A DNA stretch of 64,000 bases, taken from positions 264,804 to 328,803 of the forward strand of contig JAJRVL010000004.1 in assembly GCA_024277355.1 (NCBI GenBank), read 5' to 3'. The notes below the pieces were generated by a model. The model had not been told where the DNA came from. It searched no databases and worked only from the letters and a program-made list of their open reading frames with translations. The translations under genes and the position numbers were made by a program. Positions 1 through 9,716 of this stretch are shown in pieces. Numbering within the stretch: the first letter of the stretch is position 1; the number at the start of each line of letters is the position of its first letter. Origin of the DNA: an archaeon. Lineage in GTDB: Archaea; Iainarchaeota; Iainarchaeia; Iainarchaeales; 1-14-0-10-31-34.

Positions 1-449
1 TAGGCCATACAATAATCAACTTTAACGGCCCAAAATGTTCCTGTGGAAATAACGGCTGTTTAGAACAATACGTTGGAATAAAACCTTTAATGAAATTAAC
101 TGAAAGAAAAATAGAATTACATAATTCAATACTGAAAAAAATGTGGCCTTTAACTCCAAAAAAAGTTGATTTAGCAGCCAAAAAAAAAGATAAAACTGCA
201 GTTTCAATTTTAAAAGAAACAGGAATTTATTTAGGAATAGGGTTAACAAATATTTTAAATTCATTTAATCCTGACGTAATAATTTTAGGCGGAGGATTAA
301 GCAATTCAGATTTAATGATTAAAACAGCAGTAAAAGAAATGAAGTTAAGAGCATTTAAGAGAACAAGAAACACTAAAATACTTAAAGCAAAATTCAGAAA
401 TAATGCAGGAATTATTGGTGCCGGACTGATTGTATTCAAATCAAATTAA
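1..449 (+). CDS. ROK-family sugar kinase (glucokinase-like), C-terminal part; the 5' end lies outside the window
   Basis: The frame is open from nt 3. Its translation contains CSCGNNGCLEQYVG, the ROK CxCGxxGCxE zinc motif, then a glycine-rich ATP-binding segment (VIILGGGLS, AGIIGAG). It ends at a TAA at 447-449. Confidence 0.7.
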   Translation, partial: GHTIINFNGPKCSCGNNGCLEQYVGIKPLMKLTERKIELHNSILKKMWPLTPKKVDLAAKKKDKTAVSILKETGIYLGIGLTNILNSFNPDVIILGGGLSNSDLMIKTAVKEMKLRAFKRTRNTKILKAKFRNNAGIIGAGLIVFKSN

Positions 450-484
450 AACCTTTCTATGCATTAAATTTAATTAGTGATAAT

Positions 485-1156
485 ATGAATGAAAAACAAA
501 AAGAAAACGCAGCAAAAGAAGCAGTAAAATATATTGAAAAAGGAATGACAATAGGTTTAGGAAGCGGAAGTACAGCAGAATTGTTTGTAAAACTTTTAGC
601 TGAAAAAAATAAAAAAGAAAATTTAGATTTAACCTGTGTTGCAACCTCAAATAAAATTGCAGGATTAGCAATTGATTTAGGATTAAAAGTAATAAGCTTT
701 GATTCAGTTGAAAAAATTGATATTGCAGTTGACGGAGCAGACCAAATAAACGAAAAAAAAGAATTACTTAAAGGAATGGGAGCATATGCTTTCCTGAAAG
801 AAAAAAGAATTGATTATAAAGCAGAAAAATTTATTGTAATTGCAGATGAAAGTAAATTAGTTAAAGAATTAAACGGCGAAATTTTAGTTGAAGTTGAACC
901 AACAGAATTATTTAATATATTAAAAAAATTAAGCGATGATTATGATGCAGAAGCAGTACAGATTTCACAAAAATGTATGCCTTTAGAAACAGAAAACAAA
1001 AATTATGTTATTTCAATGCAATTGCATTCAGAAATAGAAAACGCAAAAAAAATGGAAAAACAAATTGACTCAATTCAAGGAGTAAAAGCAAACGGATTAT
1101 TTACAAGAAATTGCACTATAATTATTGGAACAGAAAAAGAAACAAAAATTTTATAG
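485..1156 (+). CDS. rpiA: ribose-5-phosphate isomerase A
   Basis: 223 aa. Contains the GLGSGST phosphate-binding motif, DGADQ and the conserved lysine region. The length is typical of RpiA. Confidence 0.85.
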   Translation: MNEKQKENAAKEAVKYIEKGMTIGLGSGSTAELFVKLLAEKNKKENLDLTCVATSNKIAGLAIDLGLKVISFDSVEKIDIAVDGADQINEKKELLKGMGAYAFLKEKRIDYKAEKFIVIADESKLVKELNGEILVEVEPTELFNILKKLSDDYDAEAVQISQKCMPLETENKNYVISMQLHSEIENAKKMEKQIDSIQGVKANGLFTRNCTIIIGTEKETKIL

Positions 1157-1183
1157 TAAAACCTTTAAAAAAAAAGGAATGAA

Positions 1184-2062
1184 GTGAAAAAAATGACAAC
1201 TTATTCTGAAGCAGGAGTAAACATAGAAAAAGGAACTGAAACAGTCAAAAGAATAAAAAAACACGTTAAATCTACTTTTAATGAAAATGTATTGCTTGAT
1301 TCAGGTTTATTTGCAGGCGCAATAGACTTAAAAAAAATAAAAAAAATGAATAATCCTGTGTTGCTTTCAAGCATTGACGGAGTAGGAACCAAAACAGTTA
1401 TAGCAGAAAAAATGAATAAATGGGATTCAATTGGACAAGATTTAGTTAATCATTCAGTTAATGACATTTTATGCCATGGAGGAGAACCAATTGCTTTTTT
1501 AGATTATGTTGCTTCTTCTTCAATTAAACCTGAAATAATAGAAGAAATAGTTCAAGGAATGACAGTTGCATGCAAAGAAAATGGAGTTGCATTAATTGGC
1601 GGGGAAACAGCAGAAATGCCTGATGTATACCAAGAAAATGAAATAGACTTAGCAGGAACAATACTTGGAATAGTAGAAAAAGAAAAACTTATTACAGGAA
1701 AAAACATAAAAGAAAAAGATGTACTTATTGCATTGCCTTCAAATGGTTTGCATACAAACGGATATTCTCTTGCAAGAAAAGTAATAGAAAAAACAAAAAT
1801 AAGCCTGAAAGAACAGTTTGTAGTAGAAAAAGAAGATTTAACTATTGGAGGAGAACTCTTAAAAATCCATAAAAGTTATCTGAAAGAAGTAAGTTTTTTA
1901 TTAAAAAAATTTGAATTAAAAGGAATTTCTCATATTACCGGCGGAGGATTAATTGATAATTTGCCAAGAATTTTTCCTGAAGGAATTGGAGCAAAAATAA
2001 ATCCAAACAAAATTAAAATTCCATTTATTTTTGAATGGATTCAAGAAAATGGAGTTATTTAA
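1184..2062 (+). CDS. purM: phosphoribosylformylglycinamidine cyclo-ligase (AIR synthase, PurM). The ORF ends at an in-frame TAA, and the conserved PurM C-terminus continues in the same frame to 2242.
   Basis: Contains YSEAGVNI, DGVGTK and HSVNDILCHGGEP. After TAA at 2060-2062 the same frame reads EEEMFKTFNMGVGMVLIV..., which is the conserved PurM C-terminal block. It ends at TAA 2240-2242. Confidence 0.85.
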   Translation: MKKMTTYSEAGVNIEKGTETVKRIKKHVKSTFNENVLLDSGLFAGAIDLKKIKKMNNPVLLSSIDGVGTKTVIAEKMNKWDSIGQDLVNHSVNDILCHGGEPIAFLDYVASSSIKPEIIEEIVQGMTVACKENGVALIGGETAEMPDVYQENEIDLAGTILGIVEKEKLITGKNIKEKDVLIALPSNGLHTNGYSLARKVIEKTKISLKEQFVVEKEDLTIGGELLKIHKSYLKEVSFLLKKFELKGISHITGGGLIDNLPRIFPEGIGAKINPNKIKIPFIFEWIQENGVI

Positions 2063-2242
2063 GAAGAAGAAATGTTTAAGACATTTAACATGGGAGTTGG
2101 AATGGTTTTAATTGTATCAGAAAAAGATTCAGATAAAATTATTTCAGAACTAAAAAAACAATTTAATTCAAATGCAATTGTAATTGGAGAAACAATTAAA
2201 GGAAAAGGAATTCAATTAGAAAAACCTTTATTTAAAGAATAA
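2063..2242 (+). other. purM: in-frame continuation of purM downstream of the internal TAA (59 codons encoding the conserved PurM C-terminus)
   Basis: It is in the same frame as 1184..2062. Its motif EEMxxTFNMGVGMV matches E. coli PurM (REEMYRTFNCGVGMI). Confidence 0.6.
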
Positions 2243-2306
2243 ATTTTTGCAGGACTATCAAGCAAAACAAAGACAGCACGCGTTACTCGCGGATGCAACT
2301 GCAACA

Positions 2307-2531
2307 TTAAAACATTCCTTTTGCAGATTTCCTTGCTTTTCTCATGCATTTTTTATGCCAGTATTGTCCAGCCCATTTTTTTTCTGAACCAGCTCCGCCA
2401 CATAAAGCACAATCCTGAACATATTTTCCTTCAGGTTCTGCAGTAACTTCTTCTTTTTTTTCTATTTCTTCTTCTTTTTTCTTAAACATATCAGTTAAAC
2501 CCATAAAACCACAGAAAAAGATAAAGAACAA
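2307..2531 (-). CDS. hypothetical small protein with an N-terminal hydrophobic segment and Cys/His-containing C-terminus (possible zinc ribbon)
   Basis: 74-aa ORF. CALCGG...HKKC arrangement. No recognisable family. Confidence 0.35.
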   Translation of the reverse strand: MFFIFFCGFMGLTDMFKKKEEEIEKKEEVTAEPEGKYVQDCALCGGAGSEKKWAGQYWHKKCMRKARKSAKGMF

Positions 2532-2566
2532 AAAATAAATAAAAGAAACGCACTATTAATAACTAA

Positions 2567-4195
2567 ATGAATAAAAAAATAAGTTTAATTTTAGTGTTTT
2601 TTATTTTAATTGGAACAACAACTATTGCAGGAGGAATAATTCTGCCGCCTCCAGTAGACAATCCTTCTCTTATAGCTGAATGGTATCCTATCTGGGATCA
2701 AACTCCTGAAAGAGTAGGACCAGCAACCTTTATCTATTTTAAAGTTAAAACAACCTGCAATAATGGACCATGCGACAATGTAACTGCAACAATTCAGTGC
2801 TGTGAAGGAGACGGCTGTACTAACTATGTGGATATGCCTTATCCTTCAGGAAGCTGCGGCAATTCAGGAATTCTTCAGACATATACTGAAACAATACAAG
2901 ACCTTGGAAGTTTTAGTGGAGATAAATATCCTAAATGGACTCTTCACATAAATTTTCCTGGAGCACAAGGACACATATTTAATTTAAGAATAATTACAAA
3001 AGGATCATTTATTGACACTAATTATCTTTCAGGAATGCAATTAGAAATGGATAATTATCCAGGAATTACTTTAAATTCTCCTTCTACTTCTGAAACAACT
3101 GAAGTTTCAATTGGAGGGCAATTATCAATTAACTGGACAACAACAGATTTAGATAACGATAACATTCTTTCAAGAATTTATTATTATCCTGTAGGAAATC
3201 CTGGAAACACACAAATGATTTATCAAAGTCCATGGCAGGCTCCGGGAACGCATTCAACTAACTGGACTATTCCTGATGTTGACACAGGAAATTATTATTT
3301 ATATGTTAATGCAAATGACAATTATACAAGCACTAATTCAAAAAATGCAACAATAAATATAAATCCTGCTCCTTCAACTCTTTCAGCTTTAATTCTTTCT
3401 CCTTCTGACTTAAATAATTTTTTTATTGGTTCAACAATAAACTTTAAGTCAAATATTAAATGCGGAAATTCTCCTTGCACTGTTAAATGGGATTCAAATA
3501 AAGACTCAGAATGGTATTCAACAGATGAAAATTTTAGTTATTCAGGTTTAAGCATTGGAGACCATAATATTACTTTAACTGTAACTGATTCTATTTCTGA
3601 AACTGCAACTGATTCAGTTAACATAAAAATTAATCCAATTACAGCAGATGTTTTATCTATTTCAGATTTTGAAATAATTAAAGTTGAACCAAATAATAGG
3701 TTTGCAGTAAACGGAAAAATCAGAATAAAAGCAAAAGTAAATTATTACCAAAGCCAATCAATAAGCGGAAAAGCTTTCATAATAATAAGCGATTCAATTA
3801 CACACAAAGCAATTTATGGTCCTGAACCATTTTATTTCAGTTTTACTATTCCTTCATTTGAAGAATATGACTTAAACATTGATTTAAGCAATTATCCTTT
3901 TGTTGAAAGACAAAATTACAAAGTAGAATTTTTAGCTGTAAGCAATCAAGTTGAATCATCAGGAGAATATTTTGTTAATCCAGTTGATTCTGATAGTGCT
4001 TACTGGGATGACGGAGACAGTTATTATATTCCAGATGAACAAATCCCTGAACAAAACAAAGCAAACAATTCAGGTTACCAAATAATAGAATTAGGTCCTG
4101 CAAATTTAGGGGACATAAGCCAACTACCCGAAACAAATCCTGCAATTATTTTATTAATTTTATTTAGTGTGCTGATAATAATTAAAAAAAAATAA
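2567..4195 (+). CDS. secreted cell-surface protein (542 aa) with N-terminal signal or anchor and a C-terminal LPETN-hydrophobic-KKK sorting-signal-like tail
   Basis: N-terminal hydrophobic segment. Cys-rich, Asn/Thr-rich extracellular body. The C-terminus reads QLPETNPAIILLILFSVLIIIKKK. Confidence 0.6.
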   Translation: MNKKISLILVFFILIGTTTIAGGIILPPPVDNPSLIAEWYPIWDQTPERVGPATFIYFKVKTTCNNGPCDNVTATIQCCEGDGCTNYVDMPYPSGSCGNSGILQTYTETIQDLGSFSGDKYPKWTLHINFPGAQGHIFNLRIITKGSFIDTNYLSGMQLEMDNYPGITLNSPSTSETTEVSIGGQLSINWTTTDLDNDNILSRIYYYPVGNPGNTQMIYQSPWQAPGTHSTNWTIPDVDTGNYYLYVNANDNYTSTNSKNATININPAPSTLSALILSPSDLNNFFIGSTINFKSNIKCGNSPCTVKWDSNKDSEWYSTDENFSYSGLSIGDHNITLTVTDSISETATDSVNIKINPITADVLSISDFEIIKVEPNNRFAVNGKIRIKAKVNYYQSQSISGKAFIIISDSITHKAIYGPEPFYFSFTIPSFEEYDLNIDLSNYPFVERQNYKVEFLAVSNQVESSGEYFVNPVDSDSAYWDDGDSYYIPDEQIPEQNKANNSGYQIIELGPANLGDISQLPETNPAIILLILFSVLIIIKKK

Positions 4196-4254
4196 AATAA
4201 AATTAACAAAAAAAACTAAATAAAAAAATAAAAAGAAAAGGAAAAATAATTTCC

Positions 4255-5415
4255 TTATTTATTTTCCATTAATTTTTTTAGAATTGGAGGGGTAGCTAAA
4301 GTTGTAAGCATTATTACTACTACTAAAACAGAATACATTCCATCTCCAATAAAAGCATGAGCTAAACCAAAAGTAGCAAAAATTAAACCTACTTCCCCTC
4401 TTGGAATCATTCCAACTCCAACCGCCATCTTTGAAGCAGGAGTTCCAATTGCACCAAAACCTGCAATAATTTTTCCCACTAAAGCAATTATTAACAAAAC
4501 AATTCCTAAGGGAATTAAATCAATATTAACAGTTGAAATATTTACTGCTACTCCAGCCATAACAAAAAAAATTGGAGTAAAAACATCTCCGATTACTTCA
4601 GTTTTCTTCATTATATGTTCTTTGTGTTCTTCTCTTTCAAGAACCAAACCTGCTGCAAAAGCTCCAACAATTGCAGCTAAACCAATTAATTGAGCTAAAT
4701 AACCTAAAGTTAAAGCAAAAATAACTGAAGTTACAACAAAAGTTCTCTGAACTTTTAATGCACGAATAATTTTTAGGATTGGCTCCTCTAATTTTATTCC
4801 AATTACAACTGTTACTGCTAAAAACAAAAAAGATACAACAATTGTCTGCAATACATTAAAGATTTCAACTGAACCTGTTTCAGCTATTCCAGCTAAAACA
4901 GACAAAATTATTAATCCTAAAATATCATCAATTACTGCAGCTCCAAGAATAATTTTTCCTTCAAGCGAAGTTACTTTTTTCATTTCACTTAAAACACGCA
5001 TTGTTACTCCAACACTAGTTGCAGTCAAAGTCGCAGCAATAAACAAAGCAGCATTAAAATTTAATAATTCAATATAAAGCAGATAAGGCAAAGCCAGCAG
5101 CATTGGAGCAACAACTCCAATTATTGCAACAATTAAAGCAGCTTTACCGCTTTTTAATAATTCATGAATATTAGATTCTAATCCAACTAAAAATAATAAA
5201 ATTATTACTCCTATTTCAGATAAAAACATTAAGATTTCTTCATGGCCAGTAATAAAACCAAATAAACTTGGCCCTAATAAAACTCCAACTAATAATTCTC
5301 CTAAAACTCTTGGCTGTTTTATTTGATCAAACAAATATCCTGCAAGTTTTGCAGAAATTAATATTACAATTAGTTTAAGCATTATTTCAGCTATTACTTC
5401 ACTTCCTCCAGACAA
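4255..5415 (-). CDS. monovalent cation:proton antiporter, CPA2 family (KefB/NapA-like Na+/H+ exchanger)
   Basis: 386 aa with about 11-12 TM helices. Start region LAGYLFDQIKQPRVLGELLVGVLLGPS is typical of the Na_H_Exchanger family. Confidence 0.8.
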   Translation of the reverse strand: MSGGSEVIAEIMLKLIVILISAKLAGYLFDQIKQPRVLGELLVGVLLGPSLFGFITGHEEILMFLSEIGVIILLFLVGLESNIHELLKSGKAALIVAIIGVVAPMLLALPYLLYIELLNFNAALFIAATLTATSVGVTMRVLSEMKKVTSLEGKIILGAAVIDDILGLIILSVLAGIAETGSVEIFNVLQTIVVSFLFLAVTVVIGIKLEEPILKIIRALKVQRTFVVTSVIFALTLGYLAQLIGLAAIVGAFAAGLVLEREEHKEHIMKKTEVIGDVFTPIFFVMAGVAVNISTVNIDLIPLGIVLLIIALVGKIIAGFGAIGTPASKMAVGVGMIPRGEVGLIFATFGLAHAFIGDGMYSVLVVVIMLTTLATPPILKKLMENK

Positions 5416-5635
5416 AAAAATTCCCCCTGATTCAATTCTAAAAGAAAAAAATAATCTCAGAAAACTTTAAAAACTTAATTAAATAAATTCAGAAATTCAA
5501 AAAAAAATATTGTTTTAAAAAAAACATTAAAAAAAATAAGAAATAATTAATTAAAATTTAGTTTAGAAATAACTTTAATTAATGCAACAACAAAAAGAAT
5601 AACTTTAATTACTTATTATTCTTTTTTAATATCAG

Positions 5636-5860
5636 ATGTTTGTCAAGACAATAAAAAAAATATTTAAAACTTTAAAAAAAATAGTTTCTGGTTTAATTAA
5701 TTCACTTCTTCTTTTATTAGTTTATTTCACTGCAGTGGCTTTAACTTCAATTTTTGCAAAAATTCTTGGGAAAAAATTCCTTGAAACAAAAGCAAAAAAA
5801 AGCTACTGGCAGGAAATGAAATTAAACACAAAAAAAGAAGATTATTACAGGCAATTCTGA
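5636..5860 (+). CDS. hypothetical small membrane protein
   Basis: 74 aa with one TM helix and a basic N-terminus. It lies immediately upstream of the methyltransferase gene on the same strand. Confidence 0.3.
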   Translation: MFVKTIKKIFKTLKKIVSGLINSLLLLLVYFTAVALTSIFAKILGKKFLETKAKKSYWQEMKLNTKKEDYYRQF

Positions 5861-5870
5861 GGAAAAAAAA

Positions 5871-6734
5871 ATGAATGCAGGAGAAAAAGTAAAAGAATTT
5901 TATAACAAAACACCTTTTCCTGGTTTTGAATTAAAAAAATTTAACAGCAAAAAAGAACTCAAAATTACTGCTTCTTCTTTTGCTGAAACATTAGACAGAA
6001 GTATCCCTGAAAATGCTTCAGTAATTGATGTAGGAACAGGAACAGGCCAGTTAGCAGGATTACTTTCATTAAGAAGAAAAAAAGTTATGGGAATAGATTT
6101 CTCTGAAAATTCTTTGAATCAAGCAAAAAAACTAAAAGAAAAATTAAAATTAAATTCACTGGAATTAAAAAAAATTGATTTATTAAATGACAAAGAAATT
6201 GAAGCAATAGGAAAATTTGATTATGTTTTATGTTTAGGAGTATTACAGCACACTGCAAATCCATATAAAGGATTTACAAACCTGCTGAAACTACTAAAAC
6301 CTAAAGGATTTATTGCAGTAGGATTATACAACAAGTTTGGAAGAATTCCACTGAAAATAAGAAAAGTTCTGACAAAAACAGTTTTCAAAGACAATGAAAA
6401 AATAAAAAAACATTTTATTTCAATGCAGTTGGATTCACTTAAAGATAAAAAAAAAACTGAAGCATGGTGGCAGGACCAGTATTTTCATCCATTTGAATCA
6501 ACTCATTTTTTAGGAGAAGTTTTAGACTGGTTTAAAAAAAATAAAATAGAATTTTATCAGACAATTCCTTCATTGAATTTTTTTGACGAACAAAAACTGG
6601 AAATTGCAGGAGTATGGAACAAATACAATGAAACAAAACCTTCTTTTTTAAAAAGAAATTTAATTCAGTTAAGCTGGATTTGGAAAACACAAAAAGAAGG
6701 CGGATATTGGATTACTTTCGGGAGAAAAAAATGA
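5871..6734 (+). CDS. class I SAM-dependent methyltransferase
   Basis: Motif I VIDVGTGTGQLAGLL and the post-I acidic residue. ATGA overlap with the downstream carbamoyltransferase start. Confidence 0.75.
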   Translation: MNAGEKVKEFYNKTPFPGFELKKFNSKKELKITASSFAETLDRSIPENASVIDVGTGTGQLAGLLSLRRKKVMGIDFSENSLNQAKKLKEKLKLNSLELKKIDLLNDKEIEAIGKFDYVLCLGVLQHTANPYKGFTNLLKLLKPKGFIAVGLYNKFGRIPLKIRKVLTKTVFKDNEKIKKHFISMQLDSLKDKKKTEAWWQDQYFHPFESTHFLGEVLDWFKKNKIEFYQTIPSLNFFDEQKLEIAGVWNKYNETKPSFLKRNLIQLSWIWKTQKEGGYWITFGRKK

Positions 6735-6934
6735 CTTATATTCTGGGATTAAGCTGCTATTACCATGACTCTTCCGCCTGCCTGCTTAAAAACGGAAAAA
6801 TAATTGCAGCAGCAGAAGAAGAAAGATTTACAAGAAAAAAACACGACAACTCTTTTCCTTTTAATGCAATAACATTCTGCTTAAAAAAAGAAAAAATCAC
6901 AATACAAGAAATAAACTTTATTGCTTTTTATTAA
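6731..6934 (+). CDS. carbamoyltransferase (NodU/CmcH family), N-terminal segment ending at an in-frame TAA
   Basis: MTYILGLSCYYHDSSACLLKNGKIIAAAEEERFTRKKHD is the hallmark N-terminus of NodU-type carbamoyltransferases. TAA at 6932-6934 sits where homologs have FY(E/D)KP. Confidence 0.7.
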   Translation: MTYILGLSCYYHDSSACLLKNGKIIAAAEEERFTRKKHDNSFPFNAITFCLKKEKITIQEINFIAFY

Positions 6935-6997
6935 AAACCTTTAATTAAATACGAAAGAATTCTTTCACAATACATTGAAACTTTTCCTTTAGGTTTT

Positions 6998-8452
6998 GTG
7001 AATTTTATTAAGAATATGCCTTTATGGCTGACAGAAAAATTAAAAGTAAGAGAAACAATCAAAAAAAAACTTAAATTTAAAGGAGACATTTTTTTTATTG
7101 AACACCACTTATCACACGCAGCAAGTGCATTTCTTTGTTCTCCTTTTCAGGAAGCAGCAATACTTACAATTGACGGAGTAGGCGAATGGACTACAACTGC
7201 TTTTGGAACAGGAACAGGAAATAAAATAAATTTAATAAAAGAAATAAGGTTTCCTCATTCAATTGGATTACTTTATTCAACAATTACAGCTTATTTAGGT
7301 TTCAGAGTAAATAATTCTGAATACAAAATAATGGGTTTGTCAGCTTACGGCAACATGAACAAAAAAAGAAATGAATATTATGAAAAACTAAAAAAAATAA
7401 TTGAAATAAAAGAAGACGGAAGCTTTAAACTTGACATGAAATATTTTGTTTTTCATTACGCAGAAAAAATGCCTTCAAGAAAATTATGTGAACTACTTAA
7501 AGGAAAAATAAGAAAACCAAAAGAAAAATTAACTCAAAGACACAAAGACATTGCAGCTGCCTTACAATTAATCACAGAAGAAACAATAATAAAAATTTTA
7601 AATAATGTTTTTGAAAAAACAAAAAAAGAAAATTTAGTTTTAGCAGGAGGAGTAGCATTAAACAGTGTAAGCAATGGAAAAATCTTAAAAAACACAAAAT
7701 TCAAAAACATCTGGATTCAGCCTAATGCTTCAGATGGAGGAGCAAGTTTAGGAGCAGCATTATATGTATTTAATTCAATTTTAAGCAATGCAAGAAATTA
7801 TGAAATGCAGAATGATTTTTTAGGACCTGAATATTCTTCTGAAGAAATCAAAAGCATTCTTGAAAAAAACAAAATAAATTATTTTAAATTCAAAAACGAA
7901 ACAGAACTAATAAAAAAAACTGCAGAATTAATTTATCAAAATAAAGTTGTCGGCTGGTTTCAGGGAAAAATGGAATTTGGGCCAAGAGCTTTAGGAAACA
8001 GAAGCATTATAGCTAACCCATGTAATCCAGAAATGAAAAAAATATTAAATGAAAAAGTTAAACATCGAGAATCATTTAGGCCTTTTGCACCCGCTGTATG
8101 CAAAGAAAATGCAGTACAATTTTTTGAATGCAGTCCCTTACAAAAACCAGCTGAATTTATGTTAATGACTTTTCCAGTTAAAAAAGAATTTGAAAAAAAA
8201 ATTCCTTCCGCGATTCATGTCGATAATACATCAAGAATTCAGGCAATAGACAAAAAAAACAATGAATTGTATTATAATTTAATTAAAGAATTTGAAAAAT
8301 TTTCAGGAATACCCATTTTAATTAACACTTCATTTAATGTTAAAGGAGAACCAATTGTCTGTTCACCTCAGGATGCATTAAATTGTTTCATGAAAACAGA
8401 AATTGATTTTCTTATTTTAGAAAAATACTTAATTGAAAAGAAAAAAAACTAA
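6998..8452 (+). CDS. carbamoyltransferase (NodU/CmcH family), main body. It is in the same frame as 6731..6934 and separated from it only by the TAA.
   Basis: Between the two ORFs the same frame reads KPLIKYERILSQYIETFPLGFVNFIKNMPLWLTEKL, which matches the family consensus FYxKPxxKFERxL...PxWLxxKL. The body then has HHLSHAASAF and a C-terminal carbamoyltransferase domain. Confidence 0.75.
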   Translation: MNFIKNMPLWLTEKLKVRETIKKKLKFKGDIFFIEHHLSHAASAFLCSPFQEAAILTIDGVGEWTTTAFGTGTGNKINLIKEIRFPHSIGLLYSTITAYLGFRVNNSEYKIMGLSAYGNMNKKRNEYYEKLKKIIEIKEDGSFKLDMKYFVFHYAEKMPSRKLCELLKGKIRKPKEKLTQRHKDIAAALQLITEETIIKILNNVFEKTKKENLVLAGGVALNSVSNGKILKNTKFKNIWIQPNASDGGASLGAALYVFNSILSNARNYEMQNDFLGPEYSSEEIKSILEKNKINYFKFKNETELIKKTAELIYQNKVVGWFQGKMEFGPRALGNRSIIANPCNPEMKKILNEKVKHRESFRPFAPAVCKENAVQFFECSPLQKPAEFMLMTFPVKKEFEKKIPSAIHVDNTSRIQAIDKKNNELYYNLIKEFEKFSGIPILINTSFNVKGEPIVCSPQDALNCFMKTEIDFLILEKYLIEKKKN

Positions 8453-8460
8453 GTGAAAAA

Positions 8461-9510
8461 ATGGAAAAAGAAAAATTAAAGGAATTTGGAAAAAATTTTG
8501 CTTTACTTTTAATTACAGTCATTTTATTTCTTTTTTTTCTTGAATTAACTTTAAGGATTTTTCCATGGTTGTTTGGACAGCAGATACAAAATCAATTAAT
8601 TACAAAATTCCATTCAGGAGAAACAGGAATATACAGTTATGATTCAAATATAGGAATGTTACTGCTAAAACCTGGAATTGAAACTGAAGTTTTCAGGAAC
8701 GGGCATTACTGGATTCATAAAACAGACTCAAAAGGATTCAGAAATGAAAAAGAAATTAATCAAGCAGACATTATTCTGCTTGGAGACTCAATAATTTACG
8801 GAACAGGACTAAACTATAAAAAAACTACAGCATACTTCCTGCAAAAAGAAACAGGATTAACAGTATTCAATTTATCAAGAGAAGGTGATTGTTCTTTTGA
8901 ACAAAAATTCCTGTTAAACAAATATGCTCCTGAATTAAAACCAAAACATATTTTTTATTTTTTCTTTGAAAACGATTTATATGACTTAAAAATAAAATTA
9001 ACAAAAAAAGAAATGAATTATTTTATTCAAGAACAGTCAATTGATGATTTTTCTGTTAAAAGAAAAAAAATTACAGGAACAGAAACCGCTAATTTATACA
9101 AAAAGTTAGTTGAATACTCTTTTGTTGCAAGAACAATTCATATTTTAATTCACTTAAAAGAAGACCAAATAAAATTAACAAACAAAATTGCAAACAAAAT
9201 CATTGACACAAACGGAATTGAATGGCAGTACACAGAAAAAGCAATAAAGCAGATGAAAAAATTCTCTGATTCAATCAATTCAGAATTCATTTTAGTTCCA
9301 CTGACAAACGAAAAAAACCAGCAGGAAAAACTAAAACAAATTGCAGAAGAAAATGGAATTCCTTTAATTGAAACAGAAGAATTAATTGGTTATAATCAGA
9401 TTCCTACAATAAAAAAAGAATATGCTTTGGAAAGAGACTGGCATTTAAATGAAAAAGGACATGAAAAACTTGCAGAAATTTTATTGAATTACCTTAAAAA
9501 AAATAAATAA
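8461..9510 (+). CDS. membrane-anchored SGNH/GDSL-like hydrolase family protein
   Basis: N-terminal TM helix. Block I ILLGDSIIYGTGL. Block V-like DWHLNEKGH near the C-terminus. Shares an operon with the methyltransferase and carbamoyltransferase. Confidence 0.5.
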   Translation: MEKEKLKEFGKNFALLLITVILFLFFLELTLRIFPWLFGQQIQNQLITKFHSGETGIYSYDSNIGMLLLKPGIETEVFRNGHYWIHKTDSKGFRNEKEINQADIILLGDSIIYGTGLNYKKTTAYFLQKETGLTVFNLSREGDCSFEQKFLLNKYAPELKPKHIFYFFFENDLYDLKIKLTKKEMNYFIQEQSIDDFSVKRKKITGTETANLYKKLVEYSFVARTIHILIHLKEDQIKLTNKIANKIIDTNGIEWQYTEKAIKQMKKFSDSINSEFILVPLTNEKNQQEKLKQIAEENGIPLIETEELIGYNQIPTIKKEYALERDWHLNEKGHEKLAEILLNYLKKNK

Positions 9511-9554
9511 TCAATTAAGCAATTATTATTAATATAAAAGAACTTTATTTTTTT

Positions 9555-9716
9555 ATGGAAAAAAACAAGCCTTATCTAAAAGAATTATGGGATTTTCTTA
9601 AAGTCAGAAAAAAATGGTGGCTGGCTCCAATAATCATAATGCTGATTTTAGTTGGAATAATAATTATAATAGGAAACAACAGTGTCGTTTCAACTTTTGT
9701 TTATGCCTTGTTTTAG
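9555..9716 (+). CDS. small membrane protein of the family commonly found next to carbamoyltransferases (DUF5989-like)
   Basis: Encodes MEKNKPYLKELWDFLKVRKKWWLAPIIIMLILVGIIIIIGNNSVVSTFVYALF (53 aa). LKELWxFLKxRKKWWLxPII is the signature of the small proteins found alongside NodU-like carbamoyltransferases in bacteria. It is below the 60-aa ORF-track cutoff. Confidence 0.55.
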   Translation: MEKNKPYLKELWDFLKVRKKWWLAPIIIMLILVGIIIIIGNNSVVSTFVYALF

